Below are positions 20,018 through 28,943 of a stretch of DNA of 64,000 nt, one piece after another. Position 1 is the first letter of the stretch; the number at the start of each line of letters is the position of its first letter. The position numbers and the translations under genes were made by a program. This stretch comes from an uncultured delta proteobacterium (GTDB lineage Bacteria; Desulfobacterota; Syntrophia; Syntrophales; UBA5619): positions 77,322 through 141,321 of the forward strand of contig CAWFOM010000002.1 in the NCBI GenBank assembly GCA_963817385.1. The letters are read 5' to 3'. The notes under the pieces are model-generated. The model was given only the letters and a program-made list of their open reading frames with translations, did not search any database and was not told the DNA's origin.

Positions 20018-20075
20018 TGCAGAGAGTCTGCTGAGCGGGCAGAAACCCCGCTCAGCAGTAAGTTCTTAATCCGGA

Positions 20076-20114
20076 AGAGGGGCGGCATGATCATGCCGCC
20101 CCTCTATTAATTTT
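20076..20114 (+). terminator. Terminator/hairpin after decaheme paralog 2
   Basis: Perfect 30-bp palindrome AGAGGGGCGGCATGATCATGCCGCCCCTCT followed by an AT/T-rich tail. Confidence 0.7.
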
Positions 20115-20132
20115 CCAGAGGAGAAAAAGACT

Positions 20133-20993
20133 GTGAGAAAGCCAATAGTTCTGTTTATCGCCGTTATTTTGATGGCATCCCTTGCCTCCTGCGGCGAAAA
20201 GCGGGAGGCGAATCAGAAAGCGGCTGTCGATGACCAGGTCAAGGTCCTGGCAACAGTCAACGGTGTGCCGATTACCGAGTATGATATGAAGAACCGGTTA
20301 AAAAAGGTTATGACCGGCGGGGGGGTCCATGAGGCATCCTCCGATATCCTGCAAACCCTTGTCCGGGATGAATTGATCTACCAGAAATCCATTCAGCTCG
20401 GACTCGACAAAAAGCCGGAATACCGCCAGAAGCTCAATGATATCGAGTCGCAGCTCCGCGCTTTTCAACGGCAGGAGATGTCAACGCTCTACCGCAGATA
20501 CGTTCAGGAGAAGGCTGAGGTGACGGATTCGGAAGCACGGGAATATTTCGAGAAGAACGCGAAACAGATTCAAACAAAGTTTCATGTATTGCAGATTTTT
20601 TACAAAGGCAAGTATCCCGACATCGTCAAAGACCATCGGGACTTGAAAAACGGAATGCCCTTTGAAAAGGTGGCATCACGGCGATTCGCCGGTTTGCCGA
20701 AGAATATCAAAGCCCCGTGGGATCTCGGTGAAATGTCCTGGAATCAGATGCCGCAATCCTGGAAGGGCATCGTGGATCGCCTGGAGCCCGGCCAGGTGAC
20801 CGATATTATCAAAGGGGTGAATGATCGGTTTTGGGTGATTAAGCTGGTCAATAAAACGGTCGATCCAAAAATCACGTTCGCTACGGAAAAGGAAACTATC
20901 GTTGCGATGTTAAAGCAGCAGAAGGCCGACGCGCTCTACAACAGCATGCTGAACGAAATGCAGGAAAAAGCCAAGATCGTCTACCCGAAATAG
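20133..20993 (+). CDS. PrsA/SurA-like peptidyl-prolyl isomerase lipoprotein
   Basis: Lipobox LAS-C; LATVNGVPIT, FHVLQI, FEKVA, DLGEM and L.PGQVTDII rotamase-like pattern (divergent). Confidence 0.8.
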   Translation: MRKPIVLFIAVILMASLASCGEKREANQKAAVDDQVKVLATVNGVPITEYDMKNRLKKVMTGGGVHEASSDILQTLVRDELIYQKSIQLGLDKKPEYRQKLNDIESQLRAFQRQEMSTLYRRYVQEKAEVTDSEAREYFEKNAKQIQTKFHVLQIFYKGKYPDIVKDHRDLKNGMPFEKVASRRFAGLPKNIKAPWDLGEMSWNQMPQSWKGIVDRLEPGQVTDIIKGVNDRFWVIKLVNKTVDPKITFATEKETIVAMLKQQKADALYNSMLNEMQEKAKIVYPK

Positions 20994-21130
20994 GGGGACG
21001 GCATTCACCACCGGTGTGCTCCTGACCAGTCGCGCCCGTATTTTCGGTTGGGGCGCAGCCGTGATGGACTCAGACAAACGTACATCGTCGATCCGCTCCT
21101 CCTCCCTGATCAGGGGGCGGAGCCCGGTTG

Positions 21131-21162
21131 AAAAAAGCCCCGTTGCATAACGGGGCTTTTTT
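21131..21162. terminator. Bidirectional rho-independent terminator
   Basis: AAAAAAGCCCCGTT-GCAT-AACGGGGCTTTTTT between convergent genes. Confidence 0.85.
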
Positions 21163-21204
21163 ATGGTGATTGATTGTTAGGTATATGATTGCGTTTCCGT
21201 AAGG

Positions 21205-21244
21205 AAGTCATCGTTCCCACGCACAGACGTGGGAACGATGACTT
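21205..21244. repeat. REP-like 17-bp-stem hairpin
   Basis: AAGTCATCGTTCCCACG-CACAGA-CGTGGGAACGATGACTT just after the stop of paralog 3. Confidence 0.6.
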
Positions 21245-21265
21245 ATGCGCATGAGAAAATTCAGG

Positions 21266-23605
21266 CTACCTTACCGGCTTGTGGGCGAAGTCAACACCCT
21301 GCAGTAATCCCGTCGCATGGCAGGCGACACAGCCCTCAACTGCGGCAGCTCCCGAACCGGCTACATGGCCTGCCGCATGGTTGATGGAAAAGGTCGTATC
21401 GTGACACGAGACGCACGCCGCTGTCATCGGGGGCTGGATTGTCGAGGTAAAAGTCGTCACCCCGCCCGAGATCGTTGCCCCCGTCAGCGTGGTCGTCCCC
21501 AGCACGCCATCCGGCAGAGGCAACCCGTACACAATCGGGTTCTTCGTCACATGACAGGCCAGACAGTCACGGCGGTCCCTCGGATACCGCACCTTGCTGA
21601 AATCGTTTGCGGGGTTTTCGATGTAATAGCCGACAAAACCGTTGATGTTGTTTTTGGTCACGTCAAGCGCCTCGCCGGTATGGATCTTGTGGATCATCAC
21701 CTTGAACTGGATGCTCTGGGAGAAGAGGCCGTCCAATCCGATGTTGTAACCCGTTATCGCGCCTGTATTGCCGGGTCCGACCTTGGTAACGCTTCTTGCT
21801 CCTGCAGTGTCGGAGACGTTATCGTCCCGGTCGGTCGCATTGGGGTTGTGGCAGATGACGCATTCCTGGACGCTGTTGACCCGGTTACTACCGTGGAGAG
21901 ACAGGCGGCCGTGGCAGACGATACACTTGTCGTCATCCACGGATACACGCCTCTGCTTCGTCGGATCGGTCACCCGGGCGCCGGTGGCCGGGTCGAAGTA
22001 ATACTGGACCGACTTGCCGCCGGCGCGGACGGTACGAGACGGGTATTTCATCGTGGCCGGAATGGTGTATGTCCTCCTGCCTTCCAAACCAATGACGCCC
22101 GTACCCGTTGCGGCCGCCGGTATGGCCGTCGCGAAGGTAATGGTGTAGCTGCCGTCCGCATTGGCCGTGGCGGCGGTAAGCGATTGCGAAAGCGGCTGGC
22201 CGTAATTGTTCATACCGGTATTGGTGTAATCCGCTACCGGGAAATATCCCAACTTCAGGGAGTAACTGCTCCCCGTTTCCGCCGGCGACAGTGAGTTTCC
22301 CTGACCGTCGGTAATCTTGACGGTGACCGTCGGCTTATTTCCGGATGTTGCATTGGTAACCGAAAGGATCTGGAAATTCAGACCCGTGAAGAGGGATGAA
22401 TTCTCAAAAACCGTGTGGTGGCCCGTGATAGACATCTGGTACGCATTATCTCCCGCCAGCACGGCCGGATGGCAAGCCCTGCATACGGAGTCAGCCCAAC
22501 CGGGCCCACCGGTGTGAGGCGCGGCGGTGACCGAGGTCAATTGGGGGGTATATTGCCCGGCGGCCAGGGTGGCGTCGGCGACATTAATGGTTGCCGAGCC
22601 ATCAAACGTGGTGGTATCATGACAGGTGACGCAATTCTCGGTATTGGCAAAGCCCTTCCACTTGTCGACGTCCCTGCCGAACGCGCGGCCGTTGATGTCT
22701 GTCCCGGTCACATGGCACTTTATGCATTCAATCGGCGTCTTACTCGCCTTGCTGTCACCGGAGATGCGGGGATAGGCTACCTCTGAATACTTGTTGCTCT
22801 CAATGCTGAAACCGTTGCCGGCGGGACCGGGCGCGGGAGCCGTCACTGCAACGTTTCCCGGCAATTTCTCGCCCATGTGAATCTTGTGAACCATTGCCTT
22901 GAAATCAAAAGAAACCCCATTTACCGCCAACCCCGGGTTGTGACAGAGGATGCACAGAGCGACTTCCCGGCGGCTCCCGCCGTGCAACGCCAGTTTTCCG
23001 TGGCATTCATTGCAGTTGGAGGTGGCCACGATTTCCCGGGTCTGCGTCACCGCTCCCCCGCTGGGAACGAAGTTGAAATAGACGTTTTTCGCCTGCTGAA
23101 ACGACGTTCCTCCGAAGGCGTCGGTAACCGTCCGGGAGACCTGGATGGCGGCGGTGTGGGTCTTTGTCGCATCATAGACGAGACCGCCGTAGTTAGGCGT
23201 ATTGGTGATATCCCGGCTGAAGGTGTAGGTGTAGGTTCCGCCGCCGAGGGCCGCGATCGTCCCGGCGGTATCAAAGGAAGGGGACGTGGTTCCGAAGTAG
23301 TTTGCATAGTTCCCATCCGCCTTGATCTGGGCGATGTAAAAGCGGATCCCCCGCGTTGACAACAGGGGTGCGGGGTCGAGGGCTGCGCCCTTTTCGTCGA
23401 AGAGCTTGAAGGTAACCACCGGGGCGCTGTTGATCGCGACGCCGGTGATTTCCGCCTGGAGGTTGTTGTCGGCGTTTACGGGACCGGATTGGTCCGTGGA
23501 AAGGGACGCGGGCTGTCCTTCTTTGTTGTCACTGCTGCATCCGCCGAGGAACGAAATCCAGACGAACATGGTGAGCACAAAACCTGTCAAAATATATTTA
23601 CGCAT
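21266..23605 (-). CDS. OmcA/MtrC-family decaheme lipoprotein cytochrome (paralog 3), third gene of the porin-cytochrome operon
   Basis: Lipobox LGG-C; 10 CxxCH in 5+5; CNECH..LALHGGSR, CILCHNP, FKAMVHKIHMG, CIVCH..LSLHGSNR, FKVMIHKIHTG and YPRDRRDCLACH. Confidence 0.93.
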   Translation of the reverse strand: MRKYILTGFVLTMFVWISFLGGCSSDNKEGQPASLSTDQSGPVNADNNLQAEITGVAINSAPVVTFKLFDEKGAALDPAPLLSTRGIRFYIAQIKADGNYANYFGTTSPSFDTAGTIAALGGGTYTYTFSRDITNTPNYGGLVYDATKTHTAAIQVSRTVTDAFGGTSFQQAKNVYFNFVPSGGAVTQTREIVATSNCNECHGKLALHGGSRREVALCILCHNPGLAVNGVSFDFKAMVHKIHMGEKLPGNVAVTAPAPGPAGNGFSIESNKYSEVAYPRISGDSKASKTPIECIKCHVTGTDINGRAFGRDVDKWKGFANTENCVTCHDTTTFDGSATINVADATLAAGQYTPQLTSVTAAPHTGGPGWADSVCRACHPAVLAGDNAYQMSITGHHTVFENSSLFTGLNFQILSVTNATSGNKPTVTVKITDGQGNSLSPAETGSSYSLKLGYFPVADYTNTGMNNYGQPLSQSLTAATANADGSYTITFATAIPAAATGTGVIGLEGRRTYTIPATMKYPSRTVRAGGKSVQYYFDPATGARVTDPTKQRRVSVDDDKCIVCHGRLSLHGSNRVNSVQECVICHNPNATDRDDNVSDTAGARSVTKVGPGNTGAITGYNIGLDGLFSQSIQFKVMIHKIHTGEALDVTKNNINGFVGYYIENPANDFSKVRYPRDRRDCLACHVTKNPIVYGLPLPDGVLGTTTLTGATISGGVTTFTSTIQPPMTAACVSCHDTTFSINHAAGHVAGSGAAAVEGCVACHATGLLQGVDFAHKPVR

Positions 23606-23625
23606 GGGAATTCCTCCTTTGCTCG

Positions 23626-24411
23626 TTAAAATTTATCGTGGCATTTGATACAGCTTCGCCCGCCGCTCTTGCTTTTGAAACGATCCTTCACGGAACCCCA
23701 ATCCCGCGGATGGGGGTTCACCTTGAGGCCCGTCCGTGCGCCGTGACATTGGATACAGACATCTCCTTCGCTGTGACATGTTTGGCAGGCGCGCAGATTG
23801 CGCCGCGCCTCGGTCGCATGGTCACCCGACCATCGATGGCTGGGAAGCAGGCCGCCGGGATGGCAGGTCTGGCACTGGTTCGGGGTAAAGGTGGCATGAT
23901 TCGGCCCGACGCTGGAGAGGGGAATATCCCGGAATTGCCGGCGATGGGACTGGAACTGCAGATCGGCGCCTTTGAATTTGGCATGACAGGCGGTGCAGTA
24001 CTTCTGGTCATGGCACCGGTTGCAGCTCTGCGGGCTGTTCTTGGCCGCCAGCGGATGGATCTCCAGAAAATCGTTCCGATGGCTCTTCGGGACATAATCG
24101 CGCCGGTAGTTGCGCGTCGACAGCTTGGCGTCGATCCCGCCTCCCTTGTGGCAATCCAGGCAAAAGGCCTGGCTGTGGCAGTCGATGCAATTGCTCTCCC
24201 CCCGTGCCGCCGGCAGGCCGTGCATCTTCGTCCATGCGGTATCGTGATTGGGGGCAATCCCCTGCCCGTTGTGGCAGTCGTTGCATTCAGGGATCGACAT
24301 GGAAGAGTAATCGCCGTGGGAGGTCTTCTGGGCGACAGCCTGGGTCATGGATATCAGGGATACGGCCGCAAGCGAGGCGAATAAGACGAACACAAAAAAT
24401 AATTTCTTCAT
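23626..24411 (-). CDS. omaB: Periplasmic nonaheme cytochrome c, OmaB/OmaC family
   Basis: Signal peptide, 9 CxxCH; ECNDCH..GIAPNHD, FCLDCHKGGGIDA.LSTR..RDYVPKSHR, EARRNL..CQTCH.EGDVCIQCH and PHPRDW match Geobacter OmaB/OmaC as I recall them. Confidence 0.85.
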   Translation of the reverse strand: MKKLFFVFVLFASLAAVSLISMTQAVAQKTSHGDYSSMSIPECNDCHNGQGIAPNHDTAWTKMHGLPAARGESNCIDCHSQAFCLDCHKGGGIDAKLSTRNYRRDYVPKSHRNDFLEIHPLAAKNSPQSCNRCHDQKYCTACHAKFKGADLQFQSHRRQFRDIPLSSVGPNHATFTPNQCQTCHPGGLLPSHRWSGDHATEARRNLRACQTCHSEGDVCIQCHGARTGLKVNPHPRDWGSVKDRFKSKSGGRSCIKCHDKF

Positions 24412-24423
24412 CGGTGTCCCCCC

Positions 24424-25653
24424 TTAAAAATCGTAATCAAAGACGAATCGTCCCTGCATATTACTGTCATAGGTTTTGTTGATGTTTTCCTCAATCCGCA
24501 GGGACGCGGACATGCTCTTGGTGAGCTTGTACCGGGCGCCTACCCAGAAGTTCCGCGCAGTGGTTTCGCCGGTCATGGCATCACGTTGGTAGACGTCGTA
24601 CGCAGCCCCGGCCGCGAGCCGCAACGCCGGGGTCGCGTCAAAGTTCACCTCGAGGGTGCCGCCGTTCAGGGTGCCGCCGTAGCCGTTTCGATGGTCGTAA
24701 TCGATATCGATCGTGAGGGTGCTGAAGGGGCGCAATGTTATGCCGAGGATGTAGACATCGCCTTCGCCATCGGCATCGCCGAAATCCTGCCTCGTATAGC
24801 CGCCATAGACGGACAGCATCTCGCTCACACTGTAGTCCGCACGGACCAGCGCTTCCTTGTAGCGATTGACGGCAAAGACCGAGTAAATCGATGTCGTATC
24901 GAAGGTCGGATAACTCTGGTAATACTCGCCGGTAAACGACAGGTTTGCGGTGGGGAAGTAACGCAGGCCGCCCAACAGCTCGCTGAACACCTGGCTTACC
25001 AAATCATACCGGGCATTGCCGTAGAGCTTCATGTTCTGAAACAGGTACTGTTTGAAGGAGGCGCCCAGCATATCCCTGGCCACATCATACTGATCAAACT
25101 TGCGAAACCAGCTGATATCGAGGTCGGTATTCGGAAATCCCTGCAGATAGACAGCCGCACCGGTCGCGTAATCTCCCGTATGGCCGATCTCTCCGTTGAG
25201 ATCGAAGACAACGTTACGCCCGCCGAGGAGGGTGAACCCGATCGGACCGACATTTTTCAGATCGAGACGGGCGCCGTCGATCAGGGAACTCTCCGCAGAA
25301 AGATAGTTGAACTGCCTCCCCACCTGCACATCGAGTTTCCCGCCGATGTCGCGATAGACGCCGTAGAGATAGTAGAGTCGGCCGCTGGTCCGGCTATCCT
25401 CGCTGTCAGCGTTCCCCAGGACCGCGCCGGCCCGGCCGTAGCCGAAAATCGAAAACTTGCCGTCCTTGTCGATATTCGTAGCCGCGATCCGCAGATATTG
25501 CGCAAGTTCTACCTGCCGGCCGTTATAATAGTCGTTGAACCACAAGAGCTGGGTAGAGCTTCTCCCCTTGATCTCGACCCCCCACCCGTTGGCACCGTGC
25601 ACCAATGAGATGAAAAGCAGGATCGACAGACTCCGTAAGAGTTTAATCCCCAT
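24424..25653 (-). CDS. ombB: Outer-membrane beta-barrel porin, OmbB/OmbC family
   Basis: Signal peptide, GRSSTQLLWFND.YNGRQ.ELA.YLR, GRLYYLY, GRQF, PTFDTTSIYSVFAVN, C-terminal FDYDF; directly upstream of the omaB-like gene. Confidence 0.85.
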   Translation of the reverse strand: MGIKLLRSLSILLFISLVHGANGWGVEIKGRSSTQLLWFNDYYNGRQVELAQYLRIAATNIDKDGKFSIFGYGRAGAVLGNADSEDSRTSGRLYYLYGVYRDIGGKLDVQVGRQFNYLSAESSLIDGARLDLKNVGPIGFTLLGGRNVVFDLNGEIGHTGDYATGAAVYLQGFPNTDLDISWFRKFDQYDVARDMLGASFKQYLFQNMKLYGNARYDLVSQVFSELLGGLRYFPTANLSFTGEYYQSYPTFDTTSIYSVFAVNRYKEALVRADYSVSEMLSVYGGYTRQDFGDADGEGDVYILGITLRPFSTLTIDIDYDHRNGYGGTLNGGTLEVNFDATPALRLAAGAAYDVYQRDAMTGETTARNFWVGARYKLTKSMSASLRIEENINKTYDSNMQGRFVFDYDF

Positions 25654-25831
25654 AGAAGATACCTCCTCCCTCCTTGATTTACCGGACGCGGACCTTTTTT
25701 TGATAGTGTATTTATGTATGCCACATCACCGATCAAATTTCCACCAGAAAAAAATCGTCGGTCGACCGTAAATGTAATGACGTCAGGCAGCCGGGAGGAG
25801 GATTGATGAACGAGGGCATGGCGGCCATGCC

Positions 25832-27217
25832 CTACTCCAGGCCGAATTTTTTCATCTGATAGCGGAACGAATCATAACTGATGTCGAGGAGTTTTGCGGC
25901 CTTTGTCTTGTTACCCACCGCCCGCTCCATGGCCTGGAGAATCAGGTCCCGCTCGATCTCGTCAAGAGAGAGACCCGTCTCGGGGAGAATGAAACGGTTC
26001 TGCCTGCACGTTGCCTGGGGCATCGCCAAACCGCTCACTTCCAGGGGCAGATGTTCCGGAATGATCATCCGCGCGCTCTGGAGAACCACGATACCCCGCA
26101 CCACATTCTTGAGCTCCCGCACATTCCCCGGCCAATCATAGGAGACCATCAGCTGTTCCGCCTCCGCGGAAAACCCTTCCATCGCCTTGTTATACTCCTT
26201 GGCAAAGGCGGCCAGAAAATGGCCGGCCAACACCGGGATATCCTCTTTCCTCTCCCGTAGCGGGGGGATATGCAGGGAAAAGGCGTTCAGCCGGTAATAA
26301 AGATCCGTGCGGAAATCACCTCTCTGGACGGCCGCGGTGAGATCCCGGTTGGTCGTCGCGATGACCGTCACCTCGACCGGGATCTCCTCCTGTCCTCCGA
26401 TCCGCCGTACCACCCGCTCTTCCAGCACGCGGAGGAGCTTGCTCTGCAGACTCAACTTCATTTCCCCCAGTTCATCGAGCAGCAACGTCCCGCCATCGGC
26501 CACCTCAAAAAGCCCTTTCTTGCTTTTTCGGGCATCGGTAAAGGAGCCCTTCTCATAGCCGAACAGTTCACTTTCCAGGAGCGTATCCGGCAGGGCACTG
26601 CAGTTCACGGCAATAAAGGGGATGGAGGGGCTGGCGGCCGTCCCGTACATCATCTGATGGATATTGCGGGCGATCACGTCCTTGCCGACACCACTCTCCC
26701 CGGTGATCAGGATGCTGGAGACGCGGGCCTCGGCGATCCGCTCGACCTTTTCCTTCAACTCCTTCTTGGCCTTCGAAACGCCGATAAATTCCTGCTCGAA
26801 GAGAGAGGAGCTTATCTTTCGCAAGTACTCCAGTTCCCGCCTGAGTTTTTTATTCTCGATGGCGTTGCCGATGACGATCTTGACCTCATCCATGTTGAAG
26901 GGCTTGGTCAGATAATCCCAGGCGCCGATCTTCATGGCCCGGACGGCGGTCTCCGCCGTGTCGTCGGCGGTAAGCATGATGACTTCGATGGCAGGGGCGT
27001 CGTTCTTGAGCGTCTTGAGCGTCTCCATGCCGTTTTGGCCCGGCAGGTTGATATCCAGTAACACCACGTCCGGGTGCCAGGAGAGGATCCTCTCGGCGAG
27101 ATCCGCCGCTCCCGTTTCCGTACGTATTTCGAAACCTTCCTTTTCCAGGGTGCGCGAAAGCATGGAGAGTATCAGGTCATCATCGTCGACAAGGTAGATA
27201 CGTCCCGGACTTTTCAT
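25832..27217 (-). CDS. Sigma54-dependent response regulator (NtrC family)
   Basis: Receiver, ITGESGVGK, ESELFGYEKGSFTDA, LLLDELGEM, DWPGNVREL, Fis HTH. Confidence 0.95.
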   Translation of the reverse strand: MKSPGRIYLVDDDDLILSMLSRTLEKEGFEIRTETGAADLAERILSWHPDVVLLDINLPGQNGMETLKTLKNDAPAIEVIMLTADDTAETAVRAMKIGAWDYLTKPFNMDEVKIVIGNAIENKKLRRELEYLRKISSSLFEQEFIGVSKAKKELKEKVERIAEARVSSILITGESGVGKDVIARNIHQMMYGTAASPSIPFIAVNCSALPDTLLESELFGYEKGSFTDARKSKKGLFEVADGGTLLLDELGEMKLSLQSKLLRVLEERVVRRIGGQEEIPVEVTVIATTNRDLTAAVQRGDFRTDLYYRLNAFSLHIPPLRERKEDIPVLAGHFLAAFAKEYNKAMEGFSAEAEQLMVSYDWPGNVRELKNVVRGIVVLQSARMIIPEHLPLEVSGLAMPQATCRQNRFILPETGLSLDEIERDLILQAMERAVGNKTKAAKLLDISYDSFRYQMKKFGLE

Positions 27218-28665
27218 ATCGCCGCTCCAGTCCTCCCCGCCGTAACGGGCAAAATGATGGTAACCGTCACGCCGCCGCTGATGGCGTTGGCAACCGCAAT
27301 GCTGCCGCCATGCTCCTCGACAATCCGCTTGGAGACGGCCAACCCCAGCCCCGTCCCCTTCCCCTTCCCCTTGGTAGTAAAGAAGGGCTGAAAGATCTTC
27401 TCCATTATTTCGGGGGGGATCCCTTTTCCCGTGTTGTGCACTTCTATTGCGACACTCCTGCCCTTCTCACCCTGGCGCGTCTTCACCGTAATTTCCCCGC
27501 CATCCACTATTGCATCGACCGCATTCAGAAGCAGGTTGAGGAATACCTGCTGAAGCTGCTGCGGGTCACCGACGATTTCCGGCAGTTGCTCATCAAGCGC
27601 CTTGATCATCTTTTTTGGGGGGTCGCCCAAGAGAAACGAGGGGTGTTTCTCAATGAAATAAGCCGCTTTCTCGAGGATGCGGTTGATATTGAAACTGACC
27701 GGCTGGGCGGCCACCGGCCGGGCATAGTTCAGGAGATTTTTCATGAGCAGTTCGATATTCCTGATCTGCTCGATGACCTTCACCAGGACCTCGCGGTCCC
27801 GCTCCTCCAGATCGAGCTCCGCAAGCAACACTTCAATCGACACCTTCATTCCGGCCAACGGATTCCGTATCTCATGGGCGAGACCCGCCGCCATCTCTCC
27901 GCATACCCGCAATTGTTCCGTCTGTTGCATCTCCTGCATCTGTTTCTTGAGAGACGCCGCCATCTCATTGAAGGAACCCGCCACCTCCCCGAATTCGTCA
28001 TAGAGCCCCCTGATCCGGTGATCCAGGTCGCCCGCCTTCAGCCGGCGGGTGGCATCCAACAGGCTGTTGACGGGCCGAGTCAGTCCGTTAATCAAGATGA
28101 ACGCCAACCCCACGGCAAAAAACGGTCCCACGGTAACCAGCATGAACAGAGAGATTTTCCTATGGTCGATCTTGCTGAGGATCTCCCGCTCCTGTCGGTC
28201 AAAATTTTCACCCGTGATGGTGATGATCCGCTCCATCTTCCCAATCAGGTCATCACCCAACCGCAGCGCCGCCTCCGCCTTCCCTTCCGAAACCGCCGAT
28301 CCCGGACGGGCGGCGAACACCGCGCGGGTCAACTCATAGTATGATTCAATCTCTGTTTGCAGCTTGGTTATCGTTTCGTGGGAGGCGGACGAGTGATGGC
28401 AGGCGAGGCATTGCTTAACGGTTCCCACCAAACCGGTTTCTCCCGGTGCATCCTCCATCGTAAAGTGCGTCCCCCGCAGGACGAGGTCGTTCTGATTTTT
28501 TTTTATCAGCAACAGGAGGTCTTTTCGCTGTGCTACCGTATGGTGGAGTTGAGAGAGTCGGTGCAGATCGTAGATAGTCGTTTCCGTGGACGTAACGATG
28601 TAGACGCCGCCGAAGAAAAACATCAGGGCAAAAATAGCGAGACCGAAAATTATTTTTTTCTTCAT
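27214..28665 (-). CDS. Sensor histidine kinase with periplasmic c-type heme motif and HAMP
   Basis: TM - CLACH - TM - HAMP - AHEIRNPL H-box - N/G boxes; start at MKKKIIF (28665). Confidence 0.92.
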   Translation of the reverse strand: MKKKIIFGLAIFALMFFFGGVYIVTSTETTIYDLHRLSQLHHTVAQRKDLLLLIKKNQNDLVLRGTHFTMEDAPGETGLVGTVKQCLACHHSSASHETITKLQTEIESYYELTRAVFAARPGSAVSEGKAEAALRLGDDLIGKMERIITITGENFDRQEREILSKIDHRKISLFMLVTVGPFFAVGLAFILINGLTRPVNSLLDATRRLKAGDLDHRIRGLYDEFGEVAGSFNEMAASLKKQMQEMQQTEQLRVCGEMAAGLAHEIRNPLAGMKVSIEVLLAELDLEERDREVLVKVIEQIRNIELLMKNLLNYARPVAAQPVSFNINRILEKAAYFIEKHPSFLLGDPPKKMIKALDEQLPEIVGDPQQLQQVFLNLLLNAVDAIVDGGEITVKTRQGEKGRSVAIEVHNTGKGIPPEIMEKIFQPFFTTKGKGKGTGLGLAVSKRIVEEHGGSIAVANAISGGVTVTIILPVTAGRTGAAI

Positions 28666-28943
28666 CGTTCGATCGACCGCTGCATTTCGGGACGCAGCCA
28701 CAGGCGCCGCTATGCACCGCTTCCTTCTTGACAAGACCGCATTTGGGAAGGCGGAGTATATGAAGATGGCCATTGCCTGTCAAGCTAATTAAGGCTGCAC
28801 AGCGTTCAGCGATTATTTTCTTGACAAGATACCATTTGTATATAATTATAGATGTCTTCCCGAACATACGGCATCTGCATCTGTGGTTGCGGTCAGGGCG
28901 CCGCAAGGGGGAGTTTTGTACTTTTGTACTTAAGGAGGTTTTC

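Noticed and set aside
23626..24411. MtrA/DmsE assignment, and the ninth heme as a novelty
   Set aside because: Motifs match OmaB/OmaC rather than decaheme MtrA, and I recall 9-heme OmaB homologs in other Geobacter species
25705..25723. Sigma54 promoter for the porin operon (minus strand TGGCATACATAAATAC)
   Set aside because: Good -24 element but no GC at -12; cannot be supported without read checking
28821..28846. Consensus sigma70 promoter TTGACA..TATAAT upstream of resB
   Set aside because: The spacer is only 14 nt, outside the usual 16-18
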